Source of the DNA: a virus
Lineage: Duplodnaviria > Caudoviricetes
DNA length: 43,185 bases
Virus record (IMG/VR): IMGVR_UViG_3300005764_000033
Location: 1 to 43,185 of that record
Reading direction: 5' to 3' (one strand)
Shown here: positions 8,679 through 15,632 of the stretch, piece after piece
Position numbering within the stretch: the first letter of the stretch is position 1
How the letters are laid out: every line of letters begins with the position of its first letter
Made by a program: the position numbers and the translations under genes
The notes under the pieces: generated by a model
The model's input: only the letters and a program-made list of their open reading frames with translations
What the model was told of the DNA's origin: nothing
The model's database searches: none

Positions 8679-8936
8679 ATGGCAGCATACTGGATGATCG
8701 AAGTGTCCTATGCCGGGTTCAACCCCGTGCTCGACCAGAAGCTGGAGGAACTGGCCGGTCCCCGTACGGGGAGCGGTGCCGGGTTCGGCCAACGCGACAT
8801 GGACTGGATATTCACCTACAAGGAAGAGGCCGAGGAGAAGCTGGCCATCCTGCTGGAGTATGCTAAGACCGTGCCGGTGGACTGGCAGGTGTCGGTGCGC
8901 ATGCATGACATGGATGACGACGAGGAGGATGAGTGA
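8679..8936 (+). CDS. Hypothetical protein with acidic tail
   Basis: AAAGGA RBS before ATG 8679. Confidence 0.7.
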   Translation: MAAYWMIEVSYAGFNPVLDQKLEELAGPRTGSGAGFGQRDMDWIFTYKEEAEEKLAILLEYAKTVPVDWQVSVRMHDMDDDEEDE

Positions 8937-8940
8937 CTAT

Positions 8941-8968
8941 TTGACAAACGCCCCCCACGCGGTATGAT
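8941..8968 (+). promoter_or_regulatory. Sigma70-type promoter for the replication module
   Basis: TTGACA (8941-8946), 16-nt spacer, TATGAT (8963-8968), in the intergenic gap before the polymerase. Confidence 0.75.
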
Positions 8969-8986
8969 CCGCGCGGGGGGTTTTTT
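8951..8986 (+). terminator. Intrinsic terminator overlapping the promoter
   Basis: CCCCCC-A-CGCGG / TATGAT loop / CCGCG-C-GGGGGG followed by TTTTTT. Confidence 0.75.
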
Positions 8987-8987
8987 C

Positions 8988-10898
8988 ATGTCCAAATTCC
9001 ACTTCATCTTCGTCGACTTCGAAACCTTCTACTCGAAGGAATACACCTTAAAGAAGCTCGATGCCCCGAGCTACATTCTCGATCCGCGCTTCGAGGCGAT
9101 CTGCCTCGGCGTTGCCGAAGGATTCGAGAACAAGCCGTACATCATCGACGGCCCCGACATCCCCCTGTACGTCATGGAGCTTAAAAATATCCGGGCCCGC
9201 GGCGCGAAGGTCGCCGTCGTCAGCCACAACGCTTTGTTCGACGCCTGCATCCTGTCATGGCGCTACGACTTCGTGCCCGACCTGATCGTCGATACGCTGG
9301 CGATGGCGCGCACGCTCCTGCAACATAAGCTCAAGTCCTGCAGCCTCGCCTATGTCGCCGCCTACTTCGGCCTCGCCAAGGGCGACATGGTGCACAAGGT
9401 GATCGGCATGACCCGCGCCGACATTCAGGCGCAGGGCATCTGGGGCGACGAGATCGCCTACTGTCTCGGCGACACCGATCTCTGCCGCCAGATATTCCTC
9501 AAGCTCCTGCCCGACCTTCCCCCCGAAGAACTGATCCTCCACGACATCATTGCCCGCTGTGCCGTCGAGCCGGTGTTCCATCTCGACATGGATGTGCTGG
9601 CCCAGAACCTCGACAGCGTGCAGGCCAACAAGGACCGGCTGTTCGCCATGGCCGCCTTCGCCGGGCTGACCGACGAGGCGCAACTCATGAGCAACGTCCA
9701 GTTCGCCGAGTTGCTGTGGGACCTCGGTGTCGATCCGCCGACCAAGCGCAACGCCAAGGGTGAAGCTACACTCGCAATGGCCAAGACCGACCCGGCCTTC
9801 TTGGAGTTGCTCGACCACAGCGACCTCCGCGTACGCGCCCTGATGGAGGCGCGCATGGCGTTCAAGACCACGCTGGAGGAGACGCGCACGCTGCGCATGA
9901 TGAACATCGGCGAGTTGGAGTTCTATCCCCATACGGGGAAGCAGACCACCGGCCTGATGCCGATCCCCTTGATCGTCGGGGCCGCCCATACCCAGCGGCT
10001 GGGCGGCGGCTGGCAACTCAACTGCCAGAACTGGGGCCGCAAGTCACTCATCCGCAAGGCCATCAAGGCCCCGCCCGGCCATCAGATCGTGACGGCTGAC
10101 GCCAAGCAGATCGAATGCCGCATGAACGCATGGTTCTGCAGCCAGATCGATTTGCTGGAACGATTCCGCAGGGGCGAGGATGTCTACGCCGCCTTTGCCG
10201 AGGTGATCTACGGCTACCCGATCAACAAGGATGACCATCCCAAGCAGCGGTTCATCGGCAAGACCGGTGAACTGCAACTGGGCTACATGGCGGGCTGGAA
10301 GAAGTTCCAAGGATCGGTGTGGATACAGAGCTTCGACGATCCCGGTGGGCCGATCGAACTCAGCGAGGAGGAAGCGCGCAACATCGTCTACGTCTATCGC
10401 AACACCCATCCGAACATCCAAACCATGTGGGAAGGGCTGTGTCAGTGGTTCCCCATCCTTGTCGGCACGGCAAAGGCCAAGGACTTCAAGTGCCTGCATA
10501 TCGAGCAGGGCCGCGTGATCGGACCGGGTGGGCTCTGCCTCTACTACGACAATGTCGACTTGGACTATGGCGGCGGCTACGTCGGCGAATGGACCTACGA
10601 ATACAACGACCACGTCTACAAGATTTTCGGCGGCAAGTTCTTGGAGAACATCATCCAGTTCCTTGCCCGCATCGCCGTGATGCAAGTCGCCGTCCGCCTG
10701 AAAAAACCGATGGCCGACCTGCATTCCCGCTTGACACATACTTCCCACGATGAGCTAGTCTATGTCGTGCCGGATGCGGACGTAGAAGCCGCCAAGGCAC
10801 TGCTTACCGTTGAAATGAAACGGCCACCCAGTTGGGCCCCGTCACTTCCCCTCGATGTCGACATTGGCGTCGGCACAACGTACGCTGACGCCAAATAG
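8988..10898 (+). CDS. Phage DNA polymerase, family A, with 3'-5' exonuclease domain
   Basis: Exo motifs DFET, HNALFD, YCLGD; polymerase motifs DAKQIECR (A), RFIGKTGELQLGY (B), HDEL (C); likely start ATG 8988. Confidence 0.93.
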   Translation: MSKFHFIFVDFETFYSKEYTLKKLDAPSYILDPRFEAICLGVAEGFENKPYIIDGPDIPLYVMELKNIRARGAKVAVVSHNALFDACILSWRYDFVPDLIVDTLAMARTLLQHKLKSCSLAYVAAYFGLAKGDMVHKVIGMTRADIQAQGIWGDEIAYCLGDTDLCRQIFLKLLPDLPPEELILHDIIARCAVEPVFHLDMDVLAQNLDSVQANKDRLFAMAAFAGLTDEAQLMSNVQFAELLWDLGVDPPTKRNAKGEATLAMAKTDPAFLELLDHSDLRVRALMEARMAFKTTLEETRTLRMMNIGELEFYPHTGKQTTGLMPIPLIVGAAHTQRLGGGWQLNCQNWGRKSLIRKAIKAPPGHQIVTADAKQIECRMNAWFCSQIDLLERFRRGEDVYAAFAEVIYGYPINKDDHPKQRFIGKTGELQLGYMAGWKKFQGSVWIQSFDDPGGPIELSEEEARNIVYVYRNTHPNIQTMWEGLCQWFPILVGTAKAKDFKCLHIEQGRVIGPGGLCLYYDNVDLDYGGGYVGEWTYEYNDHVYKIFGGKFLENIIQFLARIAVMQVAVRLKKPMADLHSRLTHTSHDELVYVVPDADVEAAKALLTVEMKRPPSWAPSLPLDVDIGVGTTYADAK

Positions 10899-10941
10899 GA
10901 CCGCTCCCCGAGCCCCCCTGCCTCTAACGGGGAGCGGTCCT
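10897..10941 (+). promoter_or_regulatory. 14-bp perfect stem-loop without T tract
   Basis: AGGACCGCTCCCCG ...17 nt... CGGGGAGCGGTCCT between the polymerase and exonuclease genes. Confidence 0.6.
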
Positions 10942-10956
10942 TGCATCGGAGGATTC

Positions 10957-11691
10957 ATGGACACCATCACTCCTTCCAATCGGCCGCCGTTCGCGTGGAG
11001 TTACTCCGCGCTCAGCAACTTCGAAAAGTGCGCCAAGAAATTCTACCACATCAGCATCGCCAAGGACTTCAAGGAGACCAAGGGCGAGGCGCTGATGTGG
11101 GGCGACACTGTTCATGCCGCCATGGCCAAGGCAGTGATGCACCATTCCCCTCTGCCCGCCGAGATGAAGAAATGGGAGCATTGGGTCAAATGGGTACGCG
11201 AGCCCTCCGATAACGTCGTCATCAAGGTCGAGGAGCGGCTGGGCATGACCGAGACCATGCAGCCCTGCGAGTTCTTCGACAAACAGCAGTTTGTGTGGTT
11301 CAGGACGGTGGCCGACGTGCTCAAGATCAACAACGAGGTCGCCCGGGTGGTCGACTGGAAGACCGGCAAGTCGGACGTCTATCTCGATCAGTCGACCAAC
11401 ACGTGGCAGGCCAATAGCGAGCAGTTGGATTTGGCGGCTGCCGTCGTATTTGCCCACTATCCAAATGTCGAACTCATCAAGCTGGACTTCGTCTGGCTAG
11501 CCGAAGACTTTTCGACGACCGCTTATCTGCCACGCGATGGCCTGCCGAAGATGTGGCAACGCCTGCTGCCGCGCCTCGACAAGATGAAGCGGGCGCACGC
11601 CACGGGTGTCTACGAACCGACGCCCAGTGGCTTGTGCATCAAACACTGTTCGGTGAAAACATGCCAATACCATGGAGTCGGGAGCCGATGA
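10957..11691 (+). CDS. Cas4/RecB-like PD-(D/E)XK exonuclease
   Basis: WSYSALSNFEKC, GDTVH, VADVL, VDWKTGK, QL..A motifs; 1+3 Cys arrangement; GGAGG RBS before ATG 10957. Confidence 0.88.
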   Translation: MDTITPSNRPPFAWSYSALSNFEKCAKKFYHISIAKDFKETKGEALMWGDTVHAAMAKAVMHHSPLPAEMKKWEHWVKWVREPSDNVVIKVEERLGMTETMQPCEFFDKQQFVWFRTVADVLKINNEVARVVDWKTGKSDVYLDQSTNTWQANSEQLDLAAAVVFAHYPNVELIKLDFVWLAEDFSTTAYLPRDGLPKMWQRLLPRLDKMKRAHATGVYEPTPSGLCIKHCSVKTCQYHGVGSR

Positions 11692-12077
11692 GACGCTCAG
11701 TTCTGGAACGGTCGGTCAAGCGGCGGGTCACGGCTTACCTGCTGGAACTGCAACGCATCGGCACGCCATTGTTCTTTTCCATGCCCGTGCCGTCCGGCTA
11801 TGGCCGGTCGGGGCTCGACTACGAGGGCTGCCTTGCCGGTCACTACTTCGCTGTCGAGACCAAGTCGCCCGACGAGGACGCCGACCTGACGCCGCGCCAA
11901 CGCCACATCGCCAAGTCGATCGTCAAGGCAGGTGGCAAGGTATTCATCATTTCGGACCGCGAGGGCTTGGCCGCCTTTCAATCATGGGTCAACCACGTCT
12001 TGACTTCTCAGATGACAAATAGTTCCTACTTGCCAAAGTCAGTGGGCAAAAATTTGGATTTGCAATCCCATGCCTAA
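11688..12077 (+). CDS. VRR-NUC domain nuclease
   Basis: LERSV...GYGRSGLDY...AVETKSP...LTPRQ...AGGKVFII; ATGA overlap. Confidence 0.85.
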   Translation: MRRSVLERSVKRRVTAYLLELQRIGTPLFFSMPVPSGYGRSGLDYEGCLAGHYFAVETKSPDEDADLTPRQRHIAKSIVKAGGKVFIISDREGLAAFQSWVNHVLTSQMTNSSYLPKSVGKNLDLQSHA

Positions 12078-12522
12078 GAAAACCTCCCTGCCCTACGCCG
12101 ACGCCACCTCGGGCCAGCGCGCCTACGAGGAGATCGAGAAAATCCTGCGCGGCTTCGGCTGCACCCAGTTCGGCGTGATGAACGACTGGCAGAACGGCGC
12201 GGTCATCCTGCAGTTCCAGTATCGTGGCCGACAGGTGTCGATCACGGCAAGCTGGCATGGCTACGCCGCACTGTGGGTCAAGCAGCATCCCTACTCGGCG
12301 CGGTCACGACGCACCGCCAAGCAGCACGAGGAACTCGCCCGTAAAAAGGGCGAGATCGCCGTGCCGTCGATCCTGCGCGACTGGATCAAGGGCCAGACTA
12401 CGGCGGTCGAGACCGGCCTGATGCCGTTCGACCACGCATTCATGAGCCACATGTTGATGGCCGATGGCAGCCGACTGATCGACCACGCCGTCAAACTTCT
12501 CCCGGCTCCCCATGCAGGCTAA
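12070..12522 (+). CDS. Phage hypothetical protein
   Basis: Strong codon bias; EIEKILRGFGC..FG and ILRDWIKGQ segments. Confidence 0.8.
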   Translation: MPKKTSLPYADATSGQRAYEEIEKILRGFGCTQFGVMNDWQNGAVILQFQYRGRQVSITASWHGYAALWVKQHPYSARSRRTAKQHEELARKKGEIAVPSILRDWIKGQTTAVETGLMPFDHAFMSHMLMADGSRLIDHAVKLLPAPHAG

Positions 12523-14086
12523 TCTCGACCAACTGCGCCGGATGGGCGTCGATGTCCATCCGCACATCCGCAACACCGCCTACGATTACTGCGGCGGTAC
12601 GCCGTTCGACATTCAGCGCACGACGGTCGAACTCCTGACCGAGAACCAGCGTGCCTACGTGCTGAACTCGATGGGCACCGGCAAGACCAAGGCGGCGCTG
12701 TGGGCGTTCGATTACCTCAGGCGTTGCGGCGTCGCCCATTCGATGCTGGTCGTGGCCCCGCTCAGCACGCTGCGCTTCACGTGGGCGCGCGAGGTGTTCA
12801 TGACGACGCCCCATCTCAGCACCGTCATCCTGCACAATCCCAATCGCAAGATACGATTGAAGCTGCTGGAGCAGCCCGCCGACATCTACATCGTCAACCA
12901 CGACGGGCTGAAGATCATCGCGCCCGAGATCGCCAAGCGCACCGACATCGACGTGCTGTGCCTCGACGAGCTTGCGACCTACCGCAATCGCGTGCAGAAA
13001 TCGCACCTCGTCGAATCGCTGGCCAAGCTGAAGCCTGTCGTGTGGGGCATGACCGGCGCGCCGATGCCGCGCGCGCCGACCGACGTATGGATGCAGGCGC
13101 GCATCATCACGCCGCACACCGTCCCCAAATATTGGACGTCGTTCCAAGCCGAGACCATGCTGCGCATCAACCAGTTCCGCTGGGTGCCCAAGCGCGGCGC
13201 GATGGAGCGGGCGATTGCCGCCCTGCAGCCCAACGTACGCTTCACGCTCGACGACATCATGGAGTTGCCGCCGTTCGTCACGCAGCGCATCGACATCGAG
13301 ATGGGCCCGCACCAGAAGGCTGTCTACAAGGCGGTCAAGGACGACTGCTACACCCTGCTCAAGGAGGGCTCGATCAGCGCCGCCAATGCCGGTGCCGTCA
13401 TGGTCAAGCTGCTGCAGGTCAGCCTTGGCTGGGTGTACATGGATGACGGCACCATCAAGCATCTCGACAACCAGCAGCGCAACGAGATGCTGATCAACCT
13501 GATCATGGGGGCCGAGGCCAAGGTGCTGGTGTTCGTGCCGTACGTGCACGCCTTGGAGGGGCTGAAGGCGCTGCTCGACAGCCACGAGATCGAGTGCGAA
13601 TTGGTGAGCGGCGCGACATCGCCCAAGGAACGCGACCGCATCTTCCGCGAGTTCCAGATCGGGCGCAACGACGACCGCCCCGAACTGAAGGCGCTGGTTG
13701 CCCATCCGCAGTGCATGAGCCACGGCAACACCTTCACCGAAGCCAACACGATAATCTGGTACGGCCCGATCACCTCCACCGAGATTTACGATCAGGCCAA
13801 CGCCCGCATCAGGCGCGTCGGCCAGACGCGCAAGCAACTGTTCCTGCACCTACAGGCGACGCCGACCGAGAAGCACATCTACGAACTGCTGACCAGCCAC
13901 ATCAACGTGCAGGATGCGCTGCTGCAGTTGATCGAGGATGAAAGCCGGGCGCAAGCAAAGGAGGATGGCAATGGAGCCAATGGACAATGGCTTGCTGGAG
14001 AAGATGATCGACAGCTTCATCAAGCTGCGCGACAAGAAGGAGGAGTTGATCGAGAAGCACAAGGCCGAACTCAAGCAGTACAATGA
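12512..14086 (+). CDS. SNF2-like superfamily 2 helicase
   Basis: MGTGKT Walker A, VVAPLS, LDELA Walker B, MTGAP, QANARIRRVGQ motif VI. Confidence 0.92.
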   Translation: MQANLDQLRRMGVDVHPHIRNTAYDYCGGTPFDIQRTTVELLTENQRAYVLNSMGTGKTKAALWAFDYLRRCGVAHSMLVVAPLSTLRFTWAREVFMTTPHLSTVILHNPNRKIRLKLLEQPADIYIVNHDGLKIIAPEIAKRTDIDVLCLDELATYRNRVQKSHLVESLAKLKPVVWGMTGAPMPRAPTDVWMQARIITPHTVPKYWTSFQAETMLRINQFRWVPKRGAMERAIAALQPNVRFTLDDIMELPPFVTQRIDIEMGPHQKAVYKAVKDDCYTLLKEGSISAANAGAVMVKLLQVSLGWVYMDDGTIKHLDNQQRNEMLINLIMGAEAKVLVFVPYVHALEGLKALLDSHEIECELVSGATSPKERDRIFREFQIGRNDDRPELKALVAHPQCMSHGNTFTEANTIIWYGPITSTEIYDQANARIRRVGQTRKQLFLHLQATPTEKHIYELLTSHINVQDALLQLIEDESRAQAKEDGNGANGQWLAGEDDRQLHQAARQEGGVDREAQGRTQAVQ

Positions 14087-14372
14087 CGCGATGGTCGAGC
14101 TTGAGGGCTACCTGCGTGGTCATCTCAAAAGCCAGAAGCTCAACTCAATATCTTGCGGTGCAGGCACAGCCTTCATCCAGAGAACGCGTAGTGCGACGGT
14201 CGCGGACACCGCGATCTTCCGTGAGTTCGTGATATCAAATAGCAATTTCGACCTTGCAGACTTTCGCCCGAAGAAGGATGCTGTCGAAGGCTATATCGAA
14301 GAGCACAACGGTGAAGGGGTGCCCGGTGTGAACTTCTCGACCCGCGACATCGTACTCGTTCAACGCCGATAA
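13971..14372 (+). CDS. Phage coiled-coil hypothetical protein
   Basis: AAAGGAGG RBS before ATG 13971; coiled coil then GVPGVN motif; overlaps the helicase 3' end. Confidence 0.8.
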   Translation: MEPMDNGLLEKMIDSFIKLRDKKEELIEKHKAELKQYNDAMVELEGYLRGHLKSQKLNSISCGAGTAFIQRTRSATVADTAIFREFVISNSNFDLADFRPKKDAVEGYIEEHNGEGVPGVNFSTRDIVLVQRR

Positions 14373-14384
14373 AGGGAGAGGCAT

Positions 14385-15557
14385 ATGCCCGAACAGGGTC
14401 TCACAATCTTTCGCAATGGTGCGACGCAAGTCTCCAGACTATTCGACAACGCCAACCTGCCGACCACCGGGTTAGACGAAGGCATTCTTGGTGGCTTCGC
14501 CCGCGTCGTCTACAAGGGCGGCAAGTGGGGCATCCGTTATCAGGGCAAGTACATTCCCTACGAGATCACCCTGAACAACGGCACGAGGATCGACAGCCCC
14601 TTCCTCGACATCGTCATGCTGCGATCGGCCAGCCATTTCAGCAAGGCATGGTACGAGGGAGCCTACGCCGAGGGCCAGATGGGCCCGCCCGATTGCTACT
14701 CGTCCAACGGCATCGTGCCGGATGCCGCCAGCGTCAAGCCGCAGTCGCGCACCTGCGCGTCGTGCGAGCACGACAAGTTCGGCTCCAAGATCAACGCCCA
14801 GACCGGCGAGGCGATGAAGGGCAAGGCGTGCATGGACATGAAGCGCGTCGCCGTGGTGCCGGTCGGCGACATTGAAAATGTCAGTCTTGGTGGACCGATG
14901 ATGCTGAGCGTGCCGCCGTCGTCGCTCAAGCAACTGGTGTCCTACCAGAACCAACTGCGCGGCATGTCGGTCAACTACGCTACGGTGTGGACCCGGATAT
15001 CGTTCGTCAAGAACCTGAGCTTCCCGATGTTCGACTTCGATGCCTTGGCCCCGCTCAACGACGAGCAGGCGGCACAGGTCCTCAAGATGCTGGAGCATCC
15101 CCTGATCGACCGCATCTTGGTGGCGCGGGAGGGCGTGGACGAATCGCGTGACATTTCTTCGGCGGCTGCTCCAGCCCAGCCTGCCTTCCCTGCCAAGCCT
15201 GTGGTTACTTCAAGAGAGGAAGTTCCTCCATCAGGTGACCAAGGACAGAATAAAAACCAAGAAAATTCGACGGGTACACCCTCCGAAGTACCGCCCGGGG
15301 TAGACCCCGCGCAATGGGCGCAGTTTCTAGCCATGCAAAACGCCCCACAGCGTCAACCGCGGCGTGGTCGGCCTCCCAGTGCCAGCGGAATTAGAACCCC
15401 TGTAGTGAGCCCGCAGCCCACTGACAGCGCGGTCGTGACCAAGAAGCAACAAGCTGCAGCGGCAACGCAACCTGATCAACCGGCCACCCCGGCAGCCCCA
15501 GCCGCCCCGGGCGCGGCGATCTCCAAGCTGATGGACACGATCGGCAAGATGGTTTGA
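14385..15557 (+). CDS. Putative ssDNA-binding/annealing protein with Cys cluster and disordered tail
   Basis: PDCYSSNG..P...CASCEH..FGS...GKAC motif; position in replication module; P/A/Q-rich C-terminus; function inferred. Confidence 0.65.
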   Translation: MPEQGLTIFRNGATQVSRLFDNANLPTTGLDEGILGGFARVVYKGGKWGIRYQGKYIPYEITLNNGTRIDSPFLDIVMLRSASHFSKAWYEGAYAEGQMGPPDCYSSNGIVPDAASVKPQSRTCASCEHDKFGSKINAQTGEAMKGKACMDMKRVAVVPVGDIENVSLGGPMMLSVPPSSLKQLVSYQNQLRGMSVNYATVWTRISFVKNLSFPMFDFDALAPLNDEQAAQVLKMLEHPLIDRILVAREGVDESRDISSAAAPAQPAFPAKPVVTSREEVPPSGDQGQNKNQENSTGTPSEVPPGVDPAQWAQFLAMQNAPQRQPRRGRPPSASGIRTPVVSPQPTDSAVVTKKQQAAAATQPDQPATPAAPAAPGAAISKLMDTIGKMV

Positions 15558-15627
15558 ACCAATAAATGAGCGGAGGCTCATGATATTCTGCCAGCAGAAT
15601 ACCATGGGCCCACCCGCTGGCGGGGGG
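15551..15627 (+). promoter_or_regulatory. Array of short hairpins upstream of the primase
   Basis: GGTT-TG-AACC; ATGAGC-GGAG-GCTCAT; TATTCTGC-CA-GCAGAATA; CCC-A-CCCGC-TG-GCGGG-GGG. Confidence 0.55.
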
Positions 15628-15632
15628 AACCA

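Noticed and set aside
8964-8987. Polymerase start at ATG 8964 as in the ORF track
   Set aside because: That ATG lies inside the -10 box/hairpin loop; ATG 8988 places the DFET exonuclease motif at the usual N-terminal position
10957-11691. CRISPR-Cas locus
   Set aside because: No repeat-spacer array or other cas genes; the nuclease sits in a standard phage replication module
12000-12069. Possible internal promoter in the AT-richer end of the VRR-NUC gene
   Set aside because: TTGACT/TTGCCA hexamers lack a convincing -10 at 16-18 nt; only short weak hairpins
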